Shown here piece after piece: positions 18,668-27,004 of a stretch of DNA of 39,205 bases. The notes beneath the pieces are model-generated. The model was not told the origin of the DNA, made no database searches, and saw only the letters and a list, made by a program, of their open reading frames with translations. Numbering within the stretch: position 1 is the first letter of the stretch; each line of letters starts with the position of its first letter. The DNA comes from a virus. Lineage: Duplodnaviria; Caudoviricetes. The translations under genes and the position numbers were made by a program. Location of the stretch: IMG/VR virus record IMGVR_UViG_3300027956_000003, positions 1 through 39,205 of that record. One strand, written 5' to 3'.

Positions 18668-18895
18668 ATGAAAACAAACTACACTTCCGCGATTGAGAGG
18701 ATAAACCGTTGCAACACGATTGAGGATTGCGACAAGATGGAAAGATCATTGCAGCGAATTTGGGACAACGGCCTTTTTACGGTTTCGGAGTTCTTGCGCT
18801 TGGATGGTGCTTTAATGAAAAGAAAGATTGAGATTGAAAACAAAAACGAAAGAAAAAACCATGATAAACAAACCATTGACAGTATTTGGGCGTGA
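18668..18895 (+). CDS. Early hypothetical protein (start MKTNY)
   Basis: ORF track entry trimmed to first non-overlapping ATG. Confidence 0.6.
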   Translation: MKTNYTSAIERINRCNTIEDCDKMERSLQRIWDNGLFTVSEFLRLDGALMKRKIEIENKNERKNHDKQTIDSIWA

Positions 18896-19148
18896 TGCGC
18901 TAGTAACCTATCCGTTGCTAGTGCTGATTGCAGAGCGTAGATTGAGAGAGCAAACAAGGGCAAGGCGTAGATTGAGGGCGAAAGCCTGGCTGATCGGTCT
19001 ATTTGCAAAGCTCGGATTGAGAAAGGAAACTAAGCTGGATTTAGATATGATGGAATATGTTTGGAAGCATAGCGTTCCTCCGTTTAAGCAAATCAAGATC
19101 GTAGGTTGCCACAAGGAATCACCATTTAGAAAGGACGTTGGAATATGA
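18861..19148 (+). CDS. Early basic hypothetical protein (start MINKP)
   Basis: A-rich leader; ATGA overlap with next gene. Confidence 0.55.
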   Translation: MINKPLTVFGRDALVTYPLLVLIAERRLREQTRARRRLRAKAWLIGLFAKLGLRKETKLDLDMMEYVWKHSVPPFKQIKIVGCHKESPFRKDVGI

Positions 19149-19354
19149 GCGCACTTAGTGAACTAGAACGGAGCGAGAACCAGATTGAGTATCTGATCGA
19201 ACGGCTGGACAAGACGAAGCGACAAATAGAGTTCCTCCTAGATAACATGCAGCTCGCCTTCGACATTATGGAAGTTGAGTTCAGCCGCTACCGATACGAG
19301 AAGGCCGCTGAAATATTGGAGGACGCTCTGGCAAGCTGGGAAGCTGTGAATTGA
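19145..19354 (+). CDS. Early coiled-coil hypothetical protein
   Basis: Coupled ORF. Confidence 0.6.
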   Translation: MSALSELERSENQIEYLIERLDKTKRQIEFLLDNMQLAFDIMEVEFSRYRYEKAAEILEDALASWEAVN

Positions 19355-19374
19355 GAACCGAAACAAGAAAAGAC

Positions 19375-19506
19375 ATGAAACAAGACATCGACTGGCAAGA
19401 ATACGAAAGGCGAGTTTCCGAATTGGAAGCCGAAGGAATAGATCGAAGTGACGCACAGGGCGTTGTCGATGCTGAAATGATGCAGGAAAGTAAAACGCAA
19501 GATTGA
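19375..19506 (+). CDS. 43-aa acidic protein (not in ORF track)
   Basis: MKQDIDWQEYERRVSELEAEGIDRSDAQGVVDAEMMQESKTQD; GAAAAGAC leader; fills the gap. Confidence 0.65.
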   Translation: MKQDIDWQEYERRVSELEAEGIDRSDAQGVVDAEMMQESKTQD

Positions 19507-19532
19507 GAATAAAACTAATAGAAAAGACAAAT

Positions 19533-19835
19533 ATGACAACTAACCAAAAGGAAATGGCATTGGAAGCACTTAAAAAAGCAGAGGAAAGAATATCCTGCCT
19601 CTGCGGGATGGTGAATACATTAGCTAAAAACCCCAAAAAAGTAAGGGCTGAAGATTGGAATGACAAGATCATTGATGCCATCAAATACATCGAAAGCAGC
19701 CCCAAGGAATTGAATGGTGATTGGTTTGAAGACACATTAAACGGCCAAGCTCACAAAATTCTTAAATGCCAGAGTTGTGACATGTTGTTTTCTGGCAATG
19801 AAGCTAGAACCACCTGCAAAACCTGTCACGTTTAA
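19533..19835 (+). CDS. Early hypothetical protein with C-terminal Zn ribbon
   Basis: CQSC...CKTC; AATAGAAAAGACA leader. Confidence 0.65.
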   Translation: MTTNQKEMALEALKKAEERISCLCGMVNTLAKNPKKVRAEDWNDKIIDAIKYIESSPKELNGDWFEDTLNGQAHKILKCQSCDMLFSGNEARTTCKTCHV

Positions 19836-19847
19836 CCGATACATACT

Positions 19848-20030
19848 ATGAAAGAAACTGAATGTTCAAGTTATGGCTTGCAGTTACATTGCGCTTATTT
19901 GACAGGAAGAATAAGATTTTATTTGGAATGCATACAAAAGCAAAGATTAGACCTAGAAACTATCATCCAATCTGATCTAAAACGAGAAGAACAAAACGCA
20001 GAATACTATTACGGCAAAAAGCCAGATTGA
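19848..20030 (+). CDS. Early hypothetical protein
   Basis: ORF packed in operon. Confidence 0.5.
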   Translation: MKETECSSYGLQLHCAYLTGRIRFYLECIQKQRLDLETIIQSDLKREEQNAEYYYGKKPD

Positions 20031-20042
20031 GAAGCCAATCAA

Positions 20043-20115
20043 TCCCCCGAAGGATATACGACAAGAATGTCGTGAACAGCTAGTCGCGTGTGCGTTTTAG
20101 CGTTCTGGAGGGGGA
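20043..20115 (+). ncRNA. Candidate three-way-junction structured element
   Basis: TCCCCC/GGGGGA closing stem enclosing ACGACA/TGTCGT and GAAC-GCTA/TAGC-GTTC stems; intergenic. Confidence 0.35.
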
Positions 20116-20140
20116 AAGTTAGCAGATTGAGAATAAAAAC

Positions 20141-20169
20141 TTGCAATAGAATATAAATGGATTTAAAGA
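20141..20169 (+). promoter_or_regulatory. Putative promoter of recombination/replication genes
   Basis: TTGCAA-17 nt-TAAAGA. Confidence 0.4.
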
Positions 20170-20193
20170 ATCCGCACAAGAAAGACAAATTTA

Positions 20194-20541
20194 ATGAGAA
20201 TGAATAAGAATAACCGCTTTGACGAGCTACCCGACGGTCAATTTAAGACCTTGGTGAGTATCGTTTGTAAGCACTATAACAGTGATCCAAACTTCGTTTT
20301 AGGGGGTAATCATAAGCAGACTTCCACGATTCCGCGCAACATCATTGCAACCATTTGGAGTCGCGGGGCTACGTTACAGGAAACAAGCGATCTAGTCGGC
20401 TGGAAAGCTTGCCAGCAGGTTTGTCACGCTCGTAAGAGGGTTGCTGCCATAGCAGAACGGCCTAGCCATGCTTTCAGATTGAGAGCCATATTGAGGGAGG
20501 TATCTACCGAGTTGCCTTTTCTAGTGGCCGATGAAGATTGA
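20194..20541 (+). CDS. DnaA C-terminal (domain IV)-like HTH protein
   Basis: VCKHYN..FVLG..KQTSTIPRNI...TLQETSDLVG...QVCHARKRV parallels the DnaA domain IV pattern. Confidence 0.6.
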   Translation: MRMNKNNRFDELPDGQFKTLVSIVCKHYNSDPNFVLGGNHKQTSTIPRNIIATIWSRGATLQETSDLVGWKACQQVCHARKRVAAIAERPSHAFRLRAILREVSTELPFLVADED

Positions 20542-20610
20542 GAAGTGAAACCCAAGATTGAGAACGAAAACCGAGATTGAGAGACAAAACAAAAGACAAA
20601 ATAAAACATT

Positions 20611-21363
20611 ATGAACGAAACAACAGAAAACACCGCATTGAGTATTGCTGATGCAGAGACAAGAGCATTTGAATTAGTCCAGAGACAGGCCAAAATGCTT
20701 GCATCTTCCACCCTAGTCCCTAAAGACTTCGCAAACAATATAGCCAACTGCGCTATCGCAATCAATATTGCCAAAAGAACAAGGCTTGATTGTTTGATGG
20801 TGGCGCAAAATCTAGCCATTATCCACGGGCGACCATCTTGGAGCGCAACGGCATTGATCGGAATGATTAACTCATGCGGCAGATACTCGCCATTGAGATT
20901 TGTATTCGACGACGAGGATTCGCCTACAAGCTGTTATGCCGTGGCTACCGACAAGGTTTCAGGGCAAGAGTTGAAGGGGGAGAAGATCACGCTGGCAATG
21001 GCTAAGGCAGAGGGATGGTCAACCAAGAACGGCAGTAAGTGGATCACTATGCCAGGCCAAATGTTGCGGTATCGCGCTGCGTCTTTCTGGAGTCGCGCCT
21101 ATGCTTCGGATTTGAGCCTTGGTTTTTACTGCCAAGATGAAGTTCACGATTTTGCTGAGCCTCAAAGAAATGTAACCCCAATTACGCCAATTACTCCCAT
21201 TGTTAAGATTGAGAAAGCGACAAAGATTGAGGAAGAAGCACCACCTATTGAGATTGAGGCAACGATTGAGGACAAGATTGAGCTTTGGGACGAAAAACCC
21301 CAAGCACAACCTAAGAAGAAAATGAATCTTGAAGAACTAATCAAAAACGCACCAGAAGAATGA
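20611..21363 (+). CDS. recT: RecT-like single-strand annealing protein
   Basis: LVPKDF..NIANCAIA..A...VAQNLAIIHGRPSW; AKAEGW..KNGSKWITMPGQMLRYRAASFWSR. Confidence 0.8.
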   Translation: MNETTENTALSIADAETRAFELVQRQAKMLASSTLVPKDFANNIANCAIAINIAKRTRLDCLMVAQNLAIIHGRPSWSATALIGMINSCGRYSPLRFVFDDEDSPTSCYAVATDKVSGQELKGEKITLAMAKAEGWSTKNGSKWITMPGQMLRYRAASFWSRAYASDLSLGFYCQDEVHDFAEPQRNVTPITPITPIVKIEKATKIEEEAPPIEIEATIEDKIELWDEKPQAQPKKKMNLEELIKNAPEE

Positions 21364-21857
21364 ATACCAAACCATTAGACATTGCTTATCTTAACGAAAC
21401 ATTCAACTATAACCCGCTAAGTGGGGATTTAACATGGAAGAAAAAAGGCAGCCGTAGATCAGTTGGTTCAAAAGCAGGAAGCAAGGGCAAACTTGGTTAC
21501 ATTTGTATTGGTATGCAAGGCAGGATTTTTAAAGCGCATAGAATTGCATTTGCCATGTTTCACAACAGAAATCCCATTGGGGCTATTGACCACATTAACG
21601 GCGACACTAGCGATAATAGGATTTCAAATTTAAGGGAAGCAACACTTAAAAATAACGCCGCGAACTGTAAAACCCGCATTGACAATACTTCTGGAATTAA
21701 AGGAGTTCATTACAGTAAAAGATACGGAAAATGGATTGCTCAAATTCAGCGCAACGGGAAGCGTTGTGGAATGGGTTATTTTGAAACAAAAGAAGAAGCT
21801 CAAAAGGCTCGCATTGAAGCAGCACAAAATGAATACGGAGAATTTGCAAAGCACTAA
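21360..21857 (+). CDS. HNH endonuclease with AP2 domain
   Basis: KAHRIAF..IDHINGDTSDNRISNLREAT; NTSGIKGVH...KWIAQI...GYFETKEEA. Confidence 0.92.
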   Translation: MNTKPLDIAYLNETFNYNPLSGDLTWKKKGSRRSVGSKAGSKGKLGYICIGMQGRIFKAHRIAFAMFHNRNPIGAIDHINGDTSDNRISNLREATLKNNAANCKTRIDNTSGIKGVHYSKRYGKWIAQIQRNGKRCGMGYFETKEEAQKARIEAAQNEYGEFAKH

Positions 21858-21861
21858 AAAT

Positions 21862-22683
21862 ATGAACATTTCACAAGAAACAATGATAGGCTTAGTTCCT
21901 AATTTGGGGAACGAGTATTACGCTCTGACAGCAACGCCAGAGAACCTTAACGCACCCGTGAGTAAAAGCTTGCTGTGGCAGTTCAACAAGTCGCCTTACA
22001 AGTGGCAAAGCGGTATTGGGGTTAAGCAAACCGAGAACATGATTTTCGGGAGCTTGGTTCACGCGCTATGCTTTACGCCGACAAAGGTTGACGAGCAGTT
22101 CACAATTTCCAAATACGATGATTTCCGCACCAAGGAAGCACGGGAATGGAAGGTAGAGATGCAGTCGAAGGGGATTGAGGTTGTCAGAGAAGTTGACTGG
22201 CACAGAGCGGAGGACATTAAGGACACCGTAATGGAATCGCAATATGTCTTCGGGCTTGGTGCTTGTGACTACGAGGTTGCGGCTTTCGGTAAGATCGGGG
22301 AGACTTTGATAAAAGGGATGCTGGATATTTTACCCCACAGTGGTAATACAATCGTTGATCTAAAGGTGACGGCTAGTATTGGCGATGAGAACGACATGAA
22401 GCGGCTGATTACGTCTTTTGGCTACCATTGGCAAGCAGCACTTTATCTTGACCTATACAACGGGCTGAGCGGCAAAGAACCGAGGACGCACTTTGAATTC
22501 TTGTTCATCGAAGACAGTTATCCGCACGAAATGGCCGTCATTCGATTGTCTGACGAATTCATTCAGAAAGGGCGTGAGGGTTACATGAACGCCGTCGCAA
22601 AATGGCAAAGTGCAGTTTCTTCTAAAAAGTTCTCGCCAAAACATCAGGGTGTTGTAGAACTTGACCCGCCAGCTTGGGCATAA
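21862..22683 (+). CDS. Exonuclease VIII (RecE/DUF3799)-like PD-(D/E)xK nuclease
   Basis: MIFGSLVHAL, KGMLD, IVDLKVT, YHWQAALY motifs; partner of RecT. Confidence 0.82.
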   Translation: MNISQETMIGLVPNLGNEYYALTATPENLNAPVSKSLLWQFNKSPYKWQSGIGVKQTENMIFGSLVHALCFTPTKVDEQFTISKYDDFRTKEAREWKVEMQSKGIEVVREVDWHRAEDIKDTVMESQYVFGLGACDYEVAAFGKIGETLIKGMLDILPHSGNTIVDLKVTASIGDENDMKRLITSFGYHWQAALYLDLYNGLSGKEPRTHFEFLFIEDSYPHEMAVIRLSDEFIQKGREGYMNAVAKWQSAVSSKKFSPKHQGVVELDPPAWA

Positions 22684-22700
22684 CCTTTTAAAGCACAGAT

Positions 22701-23090
22701 ATGAATACAGCACAACAAATAGGACGGGTAGGGCGAGACATTGAACTACGGCATACACCGAAAGGAGACGCAGTTTGCGAGGTTACGCTCGCGGTTGACG
22801 ATGGTTTCGGGGACAAGAAGAAAACCTTTTGGTTTGTATGGGTATTGTGGGGTAAAACCGCAGAAACCGCTGCCAAATTTCTTTCAAAGGGTGATATGGT
22901 TGGATTCTCTGGCCCCGTTACGCAAGATACATACGAGAAGGGTGGGGTTCAGCAAAGCAAGACTCGCTTTCGTTGTGAGCGCATGACGTTGCTTCCTAAT
23001 AATAAGGATAAAAAATCTTCTGGTAGTCCATACAGCAAACCAGTAGCCCAAGCTAACGACGACGAGGATGATTCGCAAATTCCCTTTTAA
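22701..23090 (+). CDS. ssb: Single-stranded DNA-binding protein
   Basis: IGRVGRDIELRHT, WGKTAE, acidic tail ending DDSQIPF. Confidence 0.95.
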   Translation: MNTAQQIGRVGRDIELRHTPKGDAVCEVTLAVDDGFGDKKKTFWFVWVLWGKTAETAAKFLSKGDMVGFSGPVTQDTYEKGGVQQSKTRFRCERMTLLPNNKDKKSSGSPYSKPVAQANDDEDDSQIPF

Positions 23091-23093
23091 TCT

Positions 23094-23390
23094 ATGAAAC
23101 CAGAACCACTATTCTACACAAACGGTTACGCCGTTTACGAACCTGACGTTGCTACAAAAATGGGGTATGAAAGCCTCACGGTTGCTTACCACACCGATAG
23201 CAACAACAACGTGATTCGCCGCCAAGAAAACTACATCTGGCAACTACAATGCTACACGATGCAAGGATGCGATTGTGTGGCCGTGATCGTCCCAGACGGG
23301 CTTGAGATGTGGCGGCACACTACCGAGTTAAACATTGACCCTGAAACGGGGCTGAAATGCTCCAGATATGTAGCTTCCACAAGAAAATAA
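23094..23390 (+). CDS. Hypothetical protein
   Basis: ORF packed in operon. Confidence 0.6.
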   Translation: MKPEPLFYTNGYAVYEPDVATKMGYESLTVAYHTDSNNNVIRRQENYIWQLQCYTMQGCDCVAVIVPDGLEMWRHTTELNIDPETGLKCSRYVASTRK

Positions 23391-23396
23391 CCGACC

Positions 23397-23624
23397 ATGA
23401 AAAAGACACAAACCGACATGATACTATCAGACCTTGAGAAAGGCGAGATGATAACCCCGCTGGACGCTTTGAATAACTACGGTTGTATGCGCCTGGCTTC
23501 CCGTGTTCACGAACTAAAGCAAGACGGCTTCGATGTTCGCAAGAAAACGATTATCCGCAACGGCAAAAGCTATGCGGCTTATTATATCCCTAAAGTTGAG
23601 AAGTTTGAATTAACCTACTGCTAA
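23397..23624 (+). CDS. Winged helix-turn-helix protein (HTH_39-like)
   Basis: ITPLDALNNYGCMRLASRVHELKQDGF. Confidence 0.8.
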   Translation: MKKTQTDMILSDLEKGEMITPLDALNNYGCMRLASRVHELKQDGFDVRKKTIIRNGKSYAAYYIPKVEKFELTYC

Positions 23625-23625
23625 T

Positions 23626-23853
23626 ATGCCACTAATGACCAACCACGAAGATATGCGGAGATACACCGCGCCACCAGACGATCTGCCAGAAGAAAAGCGT
23701 TACACCCGCGCACAAGTTATAGCTTACATCGAATCATGCTTTCCGTGTGAATCACACAAGAAGGATTACTCGGTTGCTGACGCTTTGATCTACCTGAAAG
23801 ACTGCGTTGACGACATAAACCACGAACTATGGGGGCTTGATACGCAGAGATGA
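23626..23853 (+). CDS. Hypothetical protein
   Basis: Coupled ORF. Confidence 0.55.
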   Translation: MPLMTNHEDMRRYTAPPDDLPEEKRYTRAQVIAYIESCFPCESHKKDYSVADALIYLKDCVDDINHELWGLDTQR

Positions 23854-24707
23854 ATCTATTTACACCACCACCAGAAACACAATGGAACGTCCTAAACCTT
23901 GGCGCGGGAGTTCAATCTTCATGCCTCGCTCTAATGGCGGCTAAAGGCGAGATCACTCCTATGCCTGACTTCGCTGTTTTTGCTGATACACAAGCAGAGC
24001 CACAGAGCGTTTATGATTGGCTTGATTGGCTTGAAGCTCAACTACCTTATCCTGTTTATAGGGTGACAAAAGGCAATCTCACGGACGATAGTATCAAAAT
24101 TCACGAAAGGAAAGATGGAAGCGGTGAGAGGGTAAATAACATTATCCCCGCCTTTGGCATCTTACCAGACGGGACTAAAACCGCAGCTATTGGTCGGAAA
24201 TGCACCAATGACTACAAAATTCTTCCTATCTTAAAAAAGATAAAAGAGGCGTGTGGGATAACAAGAGGTCAAAAAAAATGCACCGTTACACAATGGATTG
24301 GGATTAGCTGGGATGAATTACAGCGCATGAAAGGTAGTAGATTTGCGTGGACTCAACACAGGTGGCCGCTAATCGAAATGCGAATGTCTCGCCAGATGTG
24401 TTTAGATTGGATGAAGAACAATGGTTATCCAGAGCCACCAAGATCGGCGTGTTACTATTGCCCCTTCCACAGTGATACCGAATGGCGTAGGCTTAGGGAT
24501 GAAGAACCGCATGAGTTCCGCCTTGCAATAGAGTTTGATAGGCTTTTACGAATGACTCACAGATACCACAATAGGAGAATGAAAATGGAGGTTTATTTGC
24601 ACAATTCATGTAAGCCTTTAGGCGAAGTGGACTTTGATAACGACGAGGACAAAGGGCAGCAAGTTTGGGATTTCCAAGCAGAATGTGAGGGAATGTGCGG
24701 AGTATGA
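23850..24707 (+). CDS. PAPS-reductase-like / PP-loop adenine nucleotide alpha-hydrolase
   Basis: LGAGVQSS PP-loop, FADTQAEP, RKCTNDYKI, IGISWDE, SACYYCPFH, ECEGMCGV. Confidence 0.8.
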   Translation: MNLFTPPPETQWNVLNLGAGVQSSCLALMAAKGEITPMPDFAVFADTQAEPQSVYDWLDWLEAQLPYPVYRVTKGNLTDDSIKIHERKDGSGERVNNIIPAFGILPDGTKTAAIGRKCTNDYKILPILKKIKEACGITRGQKKCTVTQWIGISWDELQRMKGSRFAWTQHRWPLIEMRMSRQMCLDWMKNNGYPEPPRSACYYCPFHSDTEWRRLRDEEPHEFRLAIEFDRLLRMTHRYHNRRMKMEVYLHNSCKPLGEVDFDNDEDKGQQVWDFQAECEGMCGV

Positions 24708-25468
24708 AATGTAAAAACTGCAATAGCAATAAAGAGCCTTGGTTTTCAAGAACAACGCCAATGGGTTACTATTGCCAAGATTGCGGGAAAGAAATTAAAA
24801 ATAATATGAGAACACAAATCTACATAGACGGAAGCTTAATGGAGGAAGGCGAGGTTATTAGTTACGCCATGACGAATTACGCTGACTTCGTGCCTGACGA
24901 CATGGACATTCAGTATGCTAAGAACCTCATGGATTCTATGGGGCATCTGGTGGAGGAATACGCGCCTTTGCCGTGCGTGGTAGGGATAGACAACGGGCTT
25001 ACGGGCGGCGTAACGGTAATCAGCCAGCACACGGGGGATATTATCGCTATGACTGCAATGCCTGTGAAAGAGCGGCGTGGAAAGAATGAAATCGACATTC
25101 AGGAACTCTACCGCTGGTTGATGGCTAATTTAAACGGGCGTTTGAATTATGCGGTTTACTACGTGGAAGAACCTTGTGGGAGTAAATCACTCGGTGCAGC
25201 TCTGTCTATGGCGAGTAGCTTCCATTGTATTCGCGGGATGCTGGAGACGAAAAACCTTGTTTGGCACGGGATTAGCGCGAACACCTGGCAGAAAGATTTG
25301 CTTGGTAAGTCCAAGGTGAAAGGCAAGAAGGTAAGCGAACAAGCGTTTGCATTGGCTAACTGGCCTGACGTAAAGTTTCCCACGAAGAAGCCGAAAGGTA
25401 AGATTTTGAATGACGGAATCATAGATTCTGCGCTAATTTCTCTTTACGGAAGAAAACAACATCAATAA
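24704..25468 (+). CDS. RuvC-like Holliday junction resolvase with N-terminal extension
   Basis: VGIDNGLTGG, YVEEP, NTWQK, DGIIDSALI; N-terminal CxxC..CxxC; true start may be internal. Confidence 0.75.
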   Translation: MKCKNCNSNKEPWFSRTTPMGYYCQDCGKEIKNNMRTQIYIDGSLMEEGEVISYAMTNYADFVPDDMDIQYAKNLMDSMGHLVEEYAPLPCVVGIDNGLTGGVTVISQHTGDIIAMTAMPVKERRGKNEIDIQELYRWLMANLNGRLNYAVYYVEEPCGSKSLGAALSMASSFHCIRGMLETKNLVWHGISANTWQKDLLGKSKVKGKKVSEQAFALANWPDVKFPTKKPKGKILNDGIIDSALISLYGRKQHQ

Positions 25469-25470
25469 AC

Positions 25471-25605
25471 ATGGCATCGGCAGGTAAAGGTAAGGGTTGG
25501 GTTAAAACCGTCGAATGGTGGAAGCACCTACGTTGGATGAAACGCCCACAAAACAAACGAGTTCGTGCAGATGGCAAAAAACAAATAGAGAAAGAGACGT
25601 TATGA
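25471..25605 (+). CDS. 44-aa basic protein (not in ORF track)
   Basis: MASAGKGKGWVKTVEWWKHLRWMKRPQNKRVRADGKKQIEKETL; ATGA overlap with next. Confidence 0.55.
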   Translation: MASAGKGKGWVKTVEWWKHLRWMKRPQNKRVRADGKKQIEKETL

Positions 25606-25814
25606 GTTCACACAAGGGTTCTTGGAGCAGAGTAAACAACCACAAAGATTGGGCAGATAATTATGAGCAGATTTTCAAACGAAAAGGAGATAGACCCGAA
25701 GAAGTATCGGTTTGTCCCAAGCAGGGTGGCAGATCCAATCAACAAGGAAAAGATTGCCAAGATGGTGACGTTCCTGCCAGAGACGTATCGGAGAATCCAC
25801 AAACTAGCGTGTAA
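25602..25814 (+). CDS. Small hypothetical protein (KGS..R...DNYEQIF type)
   Basis: ATGA-coupled start; 3' part overlaps the next ORF. Confidence 0.45.
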   Translation: MSSHKGSWSRVNNHKDWADNYEQIFKRKGDRPEEVSVCPKQGGRSNQQGKDCQDGDVPARDVSENPQTSV

Positions 25815-26019
25815 GGAAAAAATTTCCCTGAGCGCGGCACTTGAAAAGATGCTGGACACGGCAGAGGCTAAGGCTATTGCTCCAGCACACACAGAAGATT
25901 GGATTAAGAAGCTCAAAAAGCAGGACGAACCGAAATACGCATCATATAATTTATTCACTAAACCAAAGACAAGGAGACAAGTAAATGGCAATGTTAAAGG
26001 GGTTTCCCCAAAGGCTTAA
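25663..26019 (+). CDS. Probable ribbon-helix-helix DNA-binding protein
   Basis: KMVTFLPETYRRIHKLACKEKISLSAALEKML. Confidence 0.55.
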   Translation: MSRFSNEKEIDPKKYRFVPSRVADPINKEKIAKMVTFLPETYRRIHKLACKEKISLSAALEKMLDTAEAKAIAPAHTEDWIKKLKKQDEPKYASYNLFTKPKTRRQVNGNVKGVSPKA

Positions 26020-26551
26020 AGATACCAAACCAGAGGATTGCGAGGGAGATGGGTGGTTAGCTCATTTCGCGAATGCAAGGGACGTTATGAAGGTGGGCGG
26101 TATAGCAGTGTTTGTGGGTGGTTGTGGCACAGGCAAGACCCGCATGAGCTACGAACTTGCGAAACTACAGAAGGAGCGCACAGTGGGCGTTCACGGCTTA
26201 AATAAGCCTATGCCAGCCATTTACACCACGGCAGACAAGATGCTGGAAGAACTACGCTCCAGTTTTGGCAATGACAAGGACGCTACAAGTGAGCGCAACG
26301 TCATGGACAGCTACTCTTCAGCCTCGCTTCTGGTGATCGACGAACTGGATTCATGCGTCAAGACTGAATTCGGGCAAAGAAAACTCAAGCGCATCATAGA
26401 TGAACGCTACATGGCTAAGTTAGCCACAATCATTATCACCAACCAAGAGCGTAAGCGGCTGAGTGAACTACTGCCAGAACCCGTCATGGATCGCATCAGG
26501 GAGTGCGGTAAGGGCTTTCACTTTAATTGGCCTAGCTTCAGAACTCGGTAA
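25985..26551 (+). CDS. DnaC/IstB-like AAA+ ATPase (helicase-loader-like)
   Basis: GGCGTGKT Walker A, LLVIDEL Walker B, IIDERY..TIIITN, VMDRIRE. Confidence 0.88.
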   Translation: MAMLKGFPQRLKDTKPEDCEGDGWLAHFANARDVMKVGGIAVFVGGCGTGKTRMSYELAKLQKERTVGVHGLNKPMPAIYTTADKMLEELRSSFGNDKDATSERNVMDSYSSASLLVIDELDSCVKTEFGQRKLKRIIDERYMAKLATIIITNQERKRLSELLPEPVMDRIRECGKGFHFNWPSFRTR

Positions 26552-26560
26552 GTGGAAATC

Positions 26561-26773
26561 CAAGTAGGTGACAATTTGACCCCTACTTGAAATTGCAACG
26601 ATTTGTTGTGCATAATTTCCGAAATATGCAACACAAGCTACTTTGTATGACTCCAAACCGTAACAAATAATGGGTGGTATTTGTCACAAATTACCCGCCC
26701 AAACCGTGACAAATCGTAACGGGTTGATGGCAATGACCGACATTTACCGACATTTGGCTGGGTTTATCGGTCA
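26561..26773. repeat. Cluster of five imperfect palindromes between convergent operons
   Basis: e.g. CAAGTAGG/CCTACTTG, GGGTGGTATTTG/CAAATTACCCGCCC, AAACCGTGAC/GTAACGGGTT, TGACCGA/TCGGTCA. Confidence 0.7.
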
Positions 26774-26776
26774 GAG

Positions 26777-27004
26777 TTACAGAAACCGAAACAGATTGGT
26801 TTTAGACCCTTTGATGATAAGCAATCTTTTTGCTATTCTGTTGGCATTTAGTAACCTCTGCATATGCTCTTTGGCAGTTGAAGCGGACACCTCCACACCC
26901 TCACCCCGCATTTTCTCGATGTATTCCAGCAACGTGAATTCGTCGCTTTGCTTTGGTCGGATAGCCTCTGCTTGAGTTTTAATGAAAGCGTCTAGTGCGC
27001 TCAA
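26777..27004 (-). CDS. Small winged-helix-like protein
   Basis: TTG start overlapping the upstream TGA; helix-helix-wing pattern. Confidence 0.5.
   Translation of the reverse strand: MSALDAFIKTQAEAIRPKQSDEFTLLEYIEKMRGEGVEVSASTAKEHMQRLLNANRIAKRLLIIKGSKTNLFRFL

Larger units (their letters stand above)
18532..21282 (+). repeat. Dispersed polar array of GATTGAG (consensus AGATTGAGA), 21 exact copies
   Basis: Starts at 18532, 18649, 18691, 18718, 18826, 18940, 18970, 19015, 19183, 19501, 20025, 20125, 20477, 20536, 20556, 20575, 21207, 21225, 21252, 21264, 21276. Confidence 0.92.

Noticed and set aside
18532-21282. GATTGAG array as a CRISPR array or simple Ile-Glu codon bias
   Set aside because: Unit is only 7-9 bp with irregular spacing and no cas genes; it occurs in all three frames and between genes
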